Of a stretch of DNA of 64,000 bases, positions 14,110 through 26,600 are shown one piece after another. The number at the start of each line of letters is the position of its first letter. The stretch's first letter is position 1. Source of the stretch: Hypanus sabinus (Eukaryota). The notes beneath the pieces were generated by a model that made no database searches, was not told the origin of the DNA, and saw only the letters and a list, made by a program, of their open reading frames with translations. The stretch is taken from the NCBI RefSeq assembly GCF_030144855.1, contig NC_082713.1, positions 76,074,001 through 76,138,000 on the forward strand. The letters are read 5' to 3'. The translations under genes and the position numbers were made by a program.

Positions 14110-14590
14110 GGCCTCCTGCACTTCGGGACGACCATGGATATTGTGTCCTAGCTGTGTAGATACACAAGCCAGGGCAGTACAATATGGAGAGCAAGCTGTT
14201 GCCCATGTAGCAAGCTCCCCCTCTCCACGCATCTGATGAACCCAAAGGAATGGCAGAGACCGTCGCAGGAGTTGCCAGTTGGAGTTGAACTCAATGGAGG
14301 ATTTCCTTAGGGATTCCGGCTCTGGATTTTCCCTTGGGGCTTACTCCTGAGAATTTCCACACGAGTGGGTATCGCCGCAAGGCAGCAGAGGTTTGAGATC
14401 AGAGCCTTCCTTCTTGATGAGCTGACATACCCCATCTGCCCGAAACAACTGGTTTTAAGGCTCCAGTAATCTTCCTTTGCCCCTCCTCCTGTCAGTAGAA
14501 ATGTCTCTGCCAGCTTTAGTAACTAAGCCACATGTGAAGGCCAGGAGCTGGGTTTGGTTGTCAGAGGTGATGTGAGGCCCACGCCATTGG
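14110..14590 (-). mobile_element. Interspersed repeat, probably a non-autonomous RTE-related element
   Basis: Recognised by pattern only (gcaagctgttgcccatgtagcaagctccccctctccacgcatctgatgaacc); no coding motif. Confidence 0.4.
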
Positions 14591-14654
14591 AACTTGCCCC
14601 CATTACAACCCCAGATGTAACAACATTAAGGAACCACATGCATATACTGCAAAT

Positions 14655-14910
14655 TCACACACACACGTACATTCTCACACACACACACCCTCATTCATAT
14701 ACACACTCACACACACATTCACACACTCACACACTCTCCCATTCACACACACTCACACACACACACATTCACACACTCACACTCACGCGTACACACACTC
14801 TCATTCACCCACACACACACACACACACACACACCCTCATTCATATACACACTCACACACACACATTCACGCATTCACACACTCTCATTCACACACACAC
14901 TCAGCATACA
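14655..14910. repeat. Degenerate (CA)n/CACACT-type simple repeat running into the assembly gap
   Basis: Seen directly; source of the spurious His/Thr-rich ORF 14554-15219. Confidence 0.95.
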
Positions 14911-15099
14911 NNNNNNNNNNNNNNNNNNNNNNNNNNNNNNNNNNNNNNNNNNNNNNNNNNNNNNNNNNNNNNNNNNNNNNNNNNNNNNNNNNNNNNNNNN
15001 NNNNNNNNNNNNNNNNNNNNNNNNNNNNNNNNNNNNNNNNNNNNNNNNNNNNNNNNNNNNNNNNNNNNNNNNNNNNNNNNNNNNNNNNNNNNNNNNNNN
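14911..15099. other. Assembly gap (189 N)
   Basis: Run of n. Confidence 1.
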
Positions 15100-16299
15100 T
15101 TCACCACTAAAGTCCCAGTTCCCTGTCGGATGACCAGGAGACCTTTGCTGAAGAACAGCCTCTGCTTCTCTCTCCATTGTCGGTTAATCTTTATTTTCAC
15201 TGCAATGACATATGAGTGAACAAATGAGGAAATGCAGTTGTTTCTGCCCAGAGTTCAGAGAGAAAGTGTGTTTTTGATATTTCTGGCAAAAACAACTTCA
15301 AACATTTTAAACATCAACTCTGAAACTGATATTGATGCAAGTTGCTAGTGACTGAGACTGTCATTTACAATCATATTTAATTGATGTCTATTCATCAGTG
15401 TTATTGTTATTGATGTTGTCTAATTATACTGTACAACATGGTGTCAAAATTGTGGATCAGACTAAATGACTGAACTCCAGAACTAAACTGTGTACTTCAG
15501 TCACAAGTCAAAGGAATTAAATAAAATATTATGGCTTTTAATCAGCTTTTAAAACATTTCAACAATTATGCCTTGTTCTCCTTTGAGCTGCCTTGTACTT
15601 GGTTTGGGAAAAATCATGATAGCAGAGAACTTGAGGGTCAGGAGCTCTTACACAGGGACTTTAGCAAAGTCACTTCCTGCAGGAGCTGGCAGAGAAACCA
15701 TTTGCAGCAATAGAAAACAGGAGCTGAAGAAATGACTTGATGAAGATGCATGCCCCTGAGAGCAGCCCAGAGCTCATGTGGGTTAAAATGGAGATATGAG
15801 CAGAAAGGCCAGCAGAGAAAGTGCGGAAAGCATCATGCAGAAAGCTGTTCTCAGAAATGTTGTTGATGAGACGGATTAACAATGGAAGAGTTTAGTCAGT
15901 CAGTTTTCAAATAGTTGTATTTCAGAGATTACAGTTTCCATCTCGTTTTGTTTTCTTTTGATAAGTCCTTCCCTTCACTAGGAAGAGTGATCACAGATTT
16001 AAGGTCACTTAAAATGAAACTCCATTGAGTCCCTCTAGGCTTTTTTGTCATGCAACCATTTCACACTGATTGCCTCTCAGTAATAAATGGCTCCCATTTC
16101 CTATTTCCTGAGTGCTAATTCAAGGCTGACCTTCACTAGAGTACAGAGGGAGCTCTGCACCACGGGATGTGCATTCTCTCAGATTAGGAGTTTAAACCCC
16201 TCCCTCTGCAGGGCATGGGTCTTGTGGCACTCTGCTCTAATTGGCCACCCTACCCTACAGGTGTAACGTTAAAGTGCTTTGCACAAGATGAGCTCAACA

Positions 16300-16755
16300 A
16301 GTCAAAAACGCACACCAGTCCTCACAGAGGTGTCAGAGGTGGAAAGGGTGAGCAATTTCAAGTTCCCGTGCGTCAGCACCTCTGAGGATCGATCCTGGAC
16401 CCACTGCATCAATACATTTACAAAGAAGACACAAGATCAGCTATATTTCATCAGGAGTTTGAGGAGAAGACACCAGCAAATTTCTACAGATGTTCCGTGA
16501 AATGCAACCTAACTGGCTGCATCTCTATCTGGTATTGGATGGGGTGAGGGGGGCAGTGACTGGTTACTTGCACAGGATCAAAAGGAGCTACAGAAAGTCG
16601 TGAACTCAGTCAGTCCCATCATGGGCACTATCTTAGTTTGCACATTCACTGTAATTCACAGTTTTTATTATCATGTACTGCTTTGTACTGCTGCTGCAAA
16701 AACAACGGATTTCCTGGCATGTAGCAGTGATATTAAACCTGATTCTGATTCTAGT
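16300..16755 (+). mobile_element. Rex1/Babar-type LINE fragment
   Basis: EVERVSNFKF...SW...KKTQDQLYFIRSLRR; ends in a gattctgattct tail. Confidence 0.75.
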
Positions 16756-17824
16756 TTTTGGTGTGCCAGGCTTCCTTGCAGTCTTAAGTCTGGATCTGCT
16801 CGAAACTTGTCCTTCGAGTATAATGAGATGTGAGTAAGGGAATGCTGCCAGCAAGCACATTCCCTGCTGCAGCGGTACAAAACATGCTGAAAGAAGGACT
16901 GAAGCCCACTGCAGCCAAAGCAACGACCTTGTGAGGAGGGACTGGAGTCTGAGGCAACGCTGCCACTGGGCACTGTCAGGCTAACTCTGGCATCGAAGCC
17001 TCTCAAACACAAGAAGTTTATATTGTACAAAGAGGGCATATGAGTAGCAGTGGTGCTCTGTACATATAGACTGTGTTGTCACAGCAAACGCATAGAACCA
17101 ATAACACAAGCAATGTAGAGACTGGGCAACAGCACACGTGTGTAGAAAGAAAGTCACGCACTGATCTTGTATCCTTCAGAATATTTTTATGAATAATGGT
17201 TACTTTTGAAATACACTGCTCGCTGCTTATCCAGCTAACCTCCCCAAGCAGACCAGCCAGGTCCCAGGAGCTTTAGTTGGGGAAGGGTCCAGGAATGCAG
17301 TGAAGTTCTTGTTCTGTTGGGCAGGGCAGTGGACGGCAGAGCAGTACAGCGGGTGAGGAGGTGCAGTCACTAATTTGAAGAGGTAGCTAACCATATTGAT
17401 GAGGGTGCTGAGGGACATGTTATGTACATGGACTTTGCCAAGTCCCACAGGGTAGGCTAACTCAACATAGGAGCCCATGACATCTGGGTGAAACTGGTGA
17501 ACTAGATCCAGACATGGCTTAGTAACAGGATGCAATGCATAGAGATGCAGGGGAGATCTGATGGAGATTTACAAAATTATGAGAGGGATAGATGGGGTAA
17601 ATTGTTAGAAGCTTTTACCCACTGTGGGGCTCTATAGAACAAGACACCATTGGTGGGTGAGTAGGATTAGAGGGGTTCCAAAGATGAATTTTTCCCAAAC
17701 AGAGGGGCCTTTGGAGTCTGGAATGCACTGTTTGACGATGTGGTGGAGACAAATAACCTCAGAACATCTAAGCTGCATTAGGGCAAGCACTTGATTGCCA
17801 AGTCCAAGAAGACCATGGTATAAC

Positions 17825-18200
17825 GACCATGGGGCAAGGTAGAATGCAGGACCAGGCCGAGACATGACAGATGCAGTTCCATGACCATGGTCCTTGGTCC
17901 ATGGTCCAATGACCATGGGGCAAGGTAGAATGCTGGACCGGGCCAAGACGTGACAGATGCAGTTCCGTGACCATGGTCCAATGACCATGGGGCAAGGTAG
18001 AATGCAGGGCCGGGCTGAGACGTGACAGATGCAGTTCCATGACCATGGTCCAATGACCATGGGGCATTGGTAGAATGCAGGACCAGGCTGAGACATGATA
18101 GATGCAGTTCATTGACCATGGTCCTTAATCCATGGTCCAATGACCATGGGGCATTGGTGGAATGCAGGACTGGGCTGAGATGTGACAGATGCAGTTCAAT
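17825..18200 (+). repeat. Minisatellite, 5 copies of a 72-87 bp unit, embedded in CR1 fragments (17375-18430)
   Basis: Units start gaccatggggc at 17825, 17911, 17983, 18055 and 18142. The last copy runs into CR1 RT sequence (gcagttcaatccagaaagatgtgaagtgatccactttgg). Confidence 0.95.
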
Positions 18201-19909
18201 CCAGAAAGATGTGAAGTGATCCACTTTGGAAAATTGAACTTAAAGGGAGAGTAGAGGGTTAATGGCAGGATTCGTAGCAGCGCAGGGAAAGAGGGATCAT
18301 GGGTCCTCATGCATAGCTTCCTCAACTGTTACACAGGCAGATAGGGCGGTTAAGAAGGTGAAGGGTGTGGTGGTTTTCATTAGTTGCAGATTGAGTTTAA
18401 AAGCCGTGAAGTAATGTTTTAATTTGGGTAAATGTGAATGGTATAGTTGGGGGTAACATTTGGCACTGTCATCAACATTTGGTGGGCTAATGTTGATGAT
18501 TTTGTGCTCTATGGTAATTGAGCTTATTTTCAGAGTGAGAGGGAGGGTTAATAGTTCATGGTTTTCCCTGCTTCACGCTGCCCAGCCAGGGAAAAAGGAA
18601 CAGCATCCCAGAAATGGGGTCCCACACTTGCTAACTGAGTCCAGGGAGGCCACGCCTCCTCCTAGACCAGTATGGAAAGAGAGCCATTGATCATGGCGGG
18701 GGGGGGGGAGGGGAGGGGAATTCCAAGTATTCTTCAGGGAAGAAAAGATCCTTGGATTGAATAAAAAGGTTCTAGAGGAATATTGCTGGGAACAAAGAAA
18801 GCTCAGGAATGAAACAGGGTTGGAGGTTTAGACCTGTCAGCTGTCTGCAAGCACCACAGTCACTCCAGATGTAATGACATGTTTACCCAGTTTCTTTGGG
18901 ATGATGGAGTCTGGAATTCAAGATGACATTATCTATGAGTTCCAGGTAGAATTTCAGCCATCTGTCAGTACCAGGATGATTTTGCACTGAGGTTTGTCAA
19001 GACTTGCAGAAGCTGCTTCACACTGCAGAAATGTGGGGGCTGGATTGCTATCCTGAGGCAAACGGCAGGTGTTGGCATATTCGAGACACAGGAAAGTGAA
19101 TACTGTGATTTATTTATGCACTGTGTCAAATATCAACACCAAACCTGGTCTCACTGTCTCCCACTCCTCAGGCTGGGTGTACAGATACTCAATGGTGGAA
19201 GTCTCACAGGGTTCCATGAGACATGGACACTGTCCAAAATGTGACGTCCAGTGGTAAATGATGCTGCAGCATCCAGGGACAAGACTTCTAAACATGGGCG
19301 TTCACAGGTCCCTGCTCCACCTAGCCATTCCAGCATGTGTCTGAAACAGCCAATGTTCTTGAATGTATGCACATGCTTGACTGTCAATCTGGCCCACTGC
19401 AACTCTGTGTGTGCGCGCACACATGTAGATACAACCCTGCATCAGCACATACATTTTCGTGTCTATGCAAGTGGGAGTTCATATCTGTTCATAATTATGT
19501 TTGTATGTATTTGGATTGAGTCAAAGTTCAAGGGCTCGTTTTATTGTCAAAGCATGCAGGTACAATGCAACTCCGATTTTTGTCTTCTCCAGATAGCCAT
19601 GAAATACAGAAAGGAGAAGAGACATCAAACCCCTCCCCACATGAAAAGGAAAAGGAAATAGAACTTGCAAACTCCAAATCCCCCACCCCTTCCCTTGCAC
19701 AAAAGCAGATCGCCCACACTGAAAACAGCGGCTGGAATAATAACATCAAACCCCCCCAGACCGCTTCCTCGCAAACAACAGTGACAGTAACATCAAACCC
19801 ACAACCCCTTCTTTGCAGTAAAGAACAGTGACAATATTAACAAACCTCACAACCCCCTCCCTCATACACCAAAATGAACAGATCACCAACATGGGCATCA
19901 GACCCCAAC

Positions 19910-20245
19910 TGGGTAAATAGTCAATGTTTTGGGCTGAGGCCCGTCGTCAGGACTGGAGACGAAGATGAGAAGTTAGAGCAAGAGGAAGGGGAAGGGGAAG
20001 GGTAGGAAGAAGTACCAGGTGGTAGGTAACAGGTGAAACCTCGAGAGGGTTGGGGTGAAGTAAAGAGCTGGGAAGCTGGTTGGTGAAAAAGATATAGAGG
20101 AGGGGGAAATCTGGTAGGAGGGGATAGAAGACCATAGATGAAAGAGAATGAGGAGGAGCACCAGAGGGAGGTGATGGACAGGTAAGGGGATGAGGAAAGA
20201 GAGGGAAACAGGAACGGGAATGGTGAAGTGGCAGGGAGAGTAATT
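19910..20245 (-). mobile_element. Penelope-like pLTR fragment; next to another interspersed repeat at 19520-19910
   Basis: Matches the 4520-4740 pLTR sequence. Confidence 0.75.
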
Positions 20246-20380
20246 TAAACTACAGTCCAATAATCACATAAGTCTTAGAATTTTGAAAATATCCACCCAT
20301 CAGAATCAAACTCAAGCTCAGTCCTTCTCTGAAGAGTGACCACTGGCCTACAGCCTTCTGTACACCACCAATCCAGCTAC

Positions 20381-20607
20381 CAACCCGCCGACTCATCATT
20401 TCCATTCAGGGCGACTGCAGTCCTCCTCCACAATCAGCGTAATGCTTCAATCTTCCTCAACGCTTCGAAATGGAGTTGATCATGGCCCCGTACGTCACCC
20501 CACTCTTCTCCAAGAGGCTGCTCTCAGTCCTCTCCAGGGACAGCAGAGAGCTGGAGCATTTGATCAAACTCCAAACTGCACATCACAGGCTCCAACCATT
20601 TCTGAAA
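20381..20607 (-). CDS. Exon with first stop: FQKWLEPVMCSLEFDQMLQLSAVPGED*EQPLGEEWGDVRGHDQLHFEALRKIEALR*LWRRTAVALNGNDESAG
   Basis: Long pyrimidine tract plus tag acceptor. In-frame TGA at 20524-20526 and 20434-20436. Donor uncertain (20385 or 20381). Confidence 0.5.
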
Positions 20608-23600
20608 CTACCAAGACCAAAAGAAGAAGCAGAAGGCATAGAAAATGTGAACTAATTAAAGGGACTGGCTATCTGAAAGATGTCAGCCGAAGAACTGTTG
20701 TTCGCTGGCGTCAAGTTTGTGTCATTTTCTGTGTTTACTGTGTTGGTGTTTCAAACCAGGCCTGTCTTTGTATGTGCACAAGTGCACTGTGAAATGGTTC
20801 TGTCCATATGTGTGTTTGTGAGTGTGGACACTTCCACTGTTCACCACAGCAGAAGTGTTGATGCTCACTGTAACCGAGGGCTACATTACTGGGCCAGAGT
20901 GTTGGTAAAATCACACTCTCAGCAAGGCCCTGTTTCTGATTGAGCAGAACATAATCAACAGTTCCACCAGAAGTGGGAAAAGGGGAAGCATACTGTTTAG
21001 CAATAAGCATCGATCGTTCATTGTGAGAGTATGAAGGTTTGAAATAATTGTGAGGTCTGCAGCCGTCACGGCCTTGGTGATTGAAGGACTTGCCTAGATG
21101 CATCTTAAATCTTCTAGAATCAGGTAAAAAGAGCTTTTGGCACACCGGCCTTCATAAATCAAAGTATTGAATACAAATGTTAGGATGTGAGGCCAAACTT
21201 GAAGTATTTTGTGCAAGTTTGGTCACCTACCTATAGGAAATACATCAATAAGATTGAAAGACTACAGAAAAAGTTTGCAAGGATGTTGCTGGGACTTGAG
21301 GGTGTGAATTGTAGGGAAAGGATGAATAGATTAAGACTTTATTCCCTCGATTGTAGGATAATGAGGGGAGATTTGATAGATGCGCTGTATACAAGATTAT
21401 GAGGGTGATGCACCATCAATAACTCTCGGAGACGTGAGGCTTTTATTGGCTGGAAGAAAGAATAAGCAGCAATTGACCACCACACTACATCCTGGAGACT
21501 GAGGCCGGGGCTGTGTCTCCAATCGCCTTTATACCGGGGTCCATGGGAGGAGCCACGGTCAGTGGGAGGAGCCACAGGAGCAGTCAGCGGGGGAGGGGGG
21601 GGGCGAGTCCAGACAGGTATATGTAGTTCACCACATTCACCCCCACTTTGTTTTAAAAGAGAGTCCCCATGGGGTGAAGTTTCTTACAAGTATATTTACA
21701 GGTTAAGTCTATCAGTTGGTTGAATCTGTCGCTGCGATCTACGTAGCACCGGCTGTGATTGCACAGGTGCCGGTGGTGATTGCACCGGAGACGGAGGTTG
21801 TGCTGGTTCCAGCCTAACTGGAGGTGTCAGCCCACTAGGCGTCAGTGATCCCTCATGCATGTGCGCGACGCCCGGTATAGGATTGTCATGAGGAGTCTGT
21901 GTACGCGGTGTCACCTCGGGTACAGAATTCATAGTTACCGTGGAGTGTTCGGTGTAGTGGTCTGCTGCTCCTGCGGGTGCCAGGTTGCGGACAGAGACCG
22001 TGTCCTCCCTCCCATCAGGTAAGACCACATAGGCATACCGGGGGTTCGCATGAAGTAGGTGAACCCTCTCGACCTGCGGGGAGTATTTATTGCTCTTTGC
22101 ATGTTTCCGGAGCAGCACTGGCCCTGGGGATGTCAGCCAAGCCAGTAGGGTGGTCCCAATGACAGACTTCCTGGGAGAAGAAAATAGGCGCTCATGAGGG
22201 GTGGCATTGGTGGATGTACATAACAGGGAGCGGATGGAGTGGAGTGCCTCAGGGAGGACCTCCTGCCATTGAGAGACTGGCAACCCTTTTGACTTAAGGG
22301 CTAAAAGTGTGGCTTTCCACACTGTGGCATTCTCCCGCTCCACCTGTCCATTTCCCCGGGGATTATAGCTCGTGGTCCTACCAGTAGCAATGCCCCTAGC
22401 TAGCAGGTACTGGCGCAGCTCATCACTCATAAAGGAGGACCCTCGATCACTGTGGATATAGCAGGGATATCCGAATAGTGTGAAGAGCTGGCGCAGGGCT
22501 TTTATGACGGACGTGGCAGTGGTGTCGGGGCAGGGAATGGCAAAGGGGAACCGTGAGTACTCATCGATAATGTTGAGAAAATAAACATTGCGGTTGGTGG
22601 AGGGAAGGGGGCCCTTAAAGTCAACACTCAGTCATGGTTAATTGCTGCTTGTTCTTTCTTCCAGCCAATAAAATTGTTGCACCATCAATAACTCCCGGAG
22701 ACGTGAGGCGAGATATCGGCTTTTATTGACTGGAAGAAAGAACAAGCAGCAATTGACCACCATGCTACATCCTGGAGACTGAGAGGCCGGGGCTCAGTCT
22801 CCAATCGCCTTTATACCGGGGTCTGTGGGAGGAGCCACAGGAGCAGTCAGCGGGGGGGGGGGGGGGTGGGGGGGGTGTCCAGACAGGTATATGTAGTTCA
22901 CCACAGAGGGGTATAGAAAGGGTAAATGCAAGCAGGCTTTTTCCACTGAAGTTGTGTGAAACTAGAACTAGAGGTTATAGGTTAAGCTGAAAGGTGGAAT
23001 ATTTAAACAGAACTTTGCTCAGAGGATCGTGTGAGTTCAGAATGAGCCGCCAGCAGAAGTGGTGGATGTAGTTTCAAAGTTCAAAGTTCAGAGTGAAACT
23101 CATTATCAGAATACATACCTGTCACCACATACAACCCTGAGATTCATGTGGGCATACTTAGCAAATCTATAGAACAGTAACTGTAAGCAGGATCAACGAA
23201 GAACAAACAATTTCAACGTTTAAGAGAAGTTTGGATAAGTAATTCTATGGAAGGGGTAAGGAGGACTATGGTCAGGTGCAGGTCAGTGGAAGTGGCAGAA
23301 TAACAATTCTGCATGGACTAGATGGACTAAAGGGCCTACTTCAGTTGTGCTTTATGACCCTATGACTTAATTCTGGGTGACAAACAGTATTTCCTCAGAA
23401 ACCTCTCCCCTCTAAATCTCAATCGATTGTCATTGCCATCTGACCTTGTGGATGTCCCTTCCTTCTTTTCCTTTCTCCCTCCCCCAGCACCTCTAGACCA
23501 GTGTCAAAAACCTTGGTTGGCCATTCTCTCACGGCCACACATTGTCTCTATGGCCCAAGGTCAGGGTTCACCGTGGATACATGTCAACAGAGGTGGTATT

Positions 23601-26600
23601 TGACTGGTTTTGATGTTTGAGATCTCATCACGTCTTAAGCAGCAAACCAAATATAGGCTTTAGGCTAATGGTCTGTCCCAGAGGAGCTATTACATACACT
23701 AGGAGATCCTGCAACCGAAGCCTCCCTGTACTTAATAATAGTGAACAAAACTAACCATAGGACCTTGTCATCGACAGTGACCCAGTCCATAGGATGAGTG
23801 AGCGAGGGCTTTTCTCTTTGAAGTGAAGGAGGATGAGAGGCAGCTTAATGAAGCTGAACAAGAAGATGATCAGAGGTATAGATCGAATGAATAACCAGAA
23901 ACCTTTTCCCGGGGCGGAAATGGCTGATATCAGGGGGTGTAACGTTAAGGTGATTGGAGTAAAGTATGGGGGAATGGCAAAGGCAGATGTTTTTTACACA
24001 AAGCATGGTGGATAGATGAAACACCCTCCAGGGTGGTGGTAGAAGCAGATACATTAAAGAACAAAGAACAAGGAGCGCAGTACAGGCCATTCGGCCCACA
24101 ATGTTGTGCCGACCCTTAAACCCTGCCCACCCCCCCCATATAACCCTCCACCTTAAATTAGAGACAGTTAAGAAACAGGCAAATGGAAGATAGAAAAATG
24201 AAAGGGGTGAAGGGTTAGATTGATCTTAGAGTCAGTTAAAAGATCAGCACAATGTTACAAAGGGGCTGTACTGTGCTGTAGTGTTCCATGTTGTCTGTTC
24301 CATGCCGGAGTTGTCAACATGCTCTCAGTCTCTGATTGCTCAAAATGATAGCCCCTGGAACGAGGCCAATGCAGAGAGGGAAACAGTTAGAGCCACTCCC
24401 ACTGCCCTATCCTGAGCCAAGGAGGCCCTTCCTGTCAGGTCCTTCCTGCACAGGCTGAGTCTCACTCCGAACACCTATTGCTCGGAAGATGACTGTGAAA
24501 TGAATGCGATGACCGCCCACATCTCTGTGGGTCTGTGCATTTAGCAAGAAGGTCAGGAAAAGGATGCAAGGGATTCCGCTGAGGTTCATAACACAGACTC
24601 TCTGATCTGTAGACTGTTCCCAGGGATGCAAACTGAGACAGATGTCAACTGCTGCAGAGAGATCATCATCTCACTGAAAGATAAACTTTGTTCTGTCCAA
24701 AACTTGTTGGTCTTCCTGTGCAATGAGATGTCCATAAGAGAATGCCGGTGACTGGCACCTTTCAAGCTGCAGGAACGTGTACAGAGGGATGTAAAGAAGC
24801 CAATACACAGGTTTTGTTGGGAATGACTGAAGTCTAAGCTGTTGTCACCACAGAATGCTGAAGATCTGCTCCTATGTAATAGCCCTGAAAACCTGGCGGG
24901 GTACGTTGCTTACAGGAGCCATGTGGATGGATTGGTGCTTTGTCAATAGAATATATTAACTTGATGATTCTGTGAATATAAAGAGAAACATGTAGTATTG
25001 TATTTTATTCTGTGTATATATTTTATTTATGAAGTCTTTCTGAAATAATATAAAATTGGCCTTGGCCTGTCCCAGGATCTTGCCCAGAGATTACTCCAAC
25101 TTGCTCCCCTCCCTTACTCCTCTGACACAGTGTTCAGGACCATGAAACTGAAGAGGAGAAAAGTGTTGCTAGGCACCCTCGCAAAGTAATCAGCCAACTC
25201 CTGCTGAGACCACTCTGAGCTGCTTTGCCTCTGTAAAATTGGACATCAAGGTGCTAACCCCATTGGAAGCATAGCTGCTCCAAATCATGCTGACAGGCCC
25301 CAGTCTTCCTGACTGGCGAGATGAGTGTGTGGTGGAGCTCTATATGACATTCAGCACTGGTGAGAGATGATGTTCTCTCAAAGGAACTAAGGGGCTGCTG
25401 ACCTTTGCTGTGTGTTTCTGGTGAGTTGGAGAGGGAGATTTTGCAGCCAAGATCCCTGACTGTGAAATTCTCTGTTAATTACATTGAAAATTGTATTCTA
25501 CTTGGTTTTCTGTCACCAAGGCTCAGATTAACCCATTCTGATCCAGTTTATTTTTGTGAATCTGTGAATAGCTGCAAACTGCTATTACAGCACAAATTAC
25601 AGACTTGGCATAAAGGCTCTCCCACACTGCCCCTCTCAGAACAGACACACAGATAAGAAACGGAGTGATGTTTCCTCACTCTGCCCCTTAAAGCTGGTGC
25701 ATTGGTAAGAAGCAAGGATCCCTCTACACTAGCCGGTTGAACATTTGCTGAAAAGGCGCAACATGGATTAAATAGAGAGCAAAAGTCTTCTCATCCTGCC
25801 CCATCATACAATCCCAGAACAGAAGCAGTGCAGGTCGTGATTCATGGTCCCAACACATACTCACAGGACAGATTAAACAGAGCAAAGCACTCGCTACACT
25901 ATCCTGTCAAAGGCTTCCAGGTAGTGGGTTAAGCACAGAATGAAGCTTTCTCTACACTGTCCTGCCACACGTTCCCAGTGAAGGGACAGCACATGTCAGT
26001 TATACTACCAGAGCATGGGGAAGCACAGGTAGTTATACGGTAAAGCTTTTGCCTTACACTCATAGGGTTAGAGACAGGGCAAAACTCTGTCTGTACTGTT
26101 CTGCCACATGCTCCCAGGGCACAGATTAGACAGAGCAAGGACATCTACTTACCCCTCTACTGTTGCACTTTTAAGAACAGCATTTAAGAGGAAGTTGGAC
26201 AGGTACATGGATAGCAGAATTTTAGAAGGATATGGGAATAGTGTAGCTGGGCAGTTGATCAAAATGGGCTGAGGGTTCTGTTCCCATGTGGTATGACTCT
26301 AAACCTCTCAGATCTGTCCCTACAAGAGCAGTGTTCAATTTCCAGTTCCTTCTCAAGGCCCTTCTGAACCTGTTTTTACACTTGGGGTGCTAAATTAGGA
26401 GTAGCTTGCGATGCGTAACACTTACAGGAGAAAAGCTTCAAAATGGACTTACACATTCGGTTAAGGCAGGTCGCATCACCTGCACTATCTTCATCATCAT
26501 CACAACACCTCCCCAGTCTCCATCTAAACTCGATGGAAGGTAAATTTTTCAGCAGTTCAGTGGTTGAGCTGAGGCTAGATGTGAGGGAGACTCAATGGAT

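Larger units (their letters stand above)
7547..19263 (-). pseudogene. Candidate decayed 3' exons of the same gene
   Basis: Phase-compatible series 19263-19145 (IIYHWTSHFGQCPCLMEPCETSTIEYLYTQPEEWETVRP), 18986-18887 (QNHPGTDRWLKFYLELIDNVILNSRLHHPKET), 17313-17240 (TRTSLHSWTLPQLKLLGPGWSAWG), 17001-16928 (TGA at 16976-16978, weak splice sites), 15844-15652 (TGA at 15833-15835, gtaaga donor), 8070 onward (tttttcag acceptor, TAG at 8030-8032). Confidence 0.45.
21120..23370 (+). mobile_element. CR1-clade LINE 3' end, split by the Gypsy insertion
   Basis: RPNLKYFVQVWSP...RGDLI left of 21406; the sequence resumes after the GAGGG duplication at 22906. Confidence 0.85.

Noticed and set aside
14554-15219. 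221-aa His/Thr-rich ORF
   Set aside because: Translation of a CA-rich simple repeat plus the N gap.
17825-18200. CRISPR-like repeat array with palindromes
   Set aside because: No unique spacers; whole units are duplicated and derive from CR1. Vertebrate DNA, no cas genes.
15833-20526. Multi-selenocysteine protein reading of the in-frame TGA codons
   Set aside because: Contexts fit CGA(Arg) to TGA decay, a TAG also occurs downstream, some splice sites look degraded, and no SECIS was recognised. Kept only as a testable alternative.
26453-26523. Minus-strand segment with tttag acceptor and gtaagt donor; also faintly RTE-like on the plus strand
   Set aside because: Including it introduces stops in the exon chain; neither reading can be supported.
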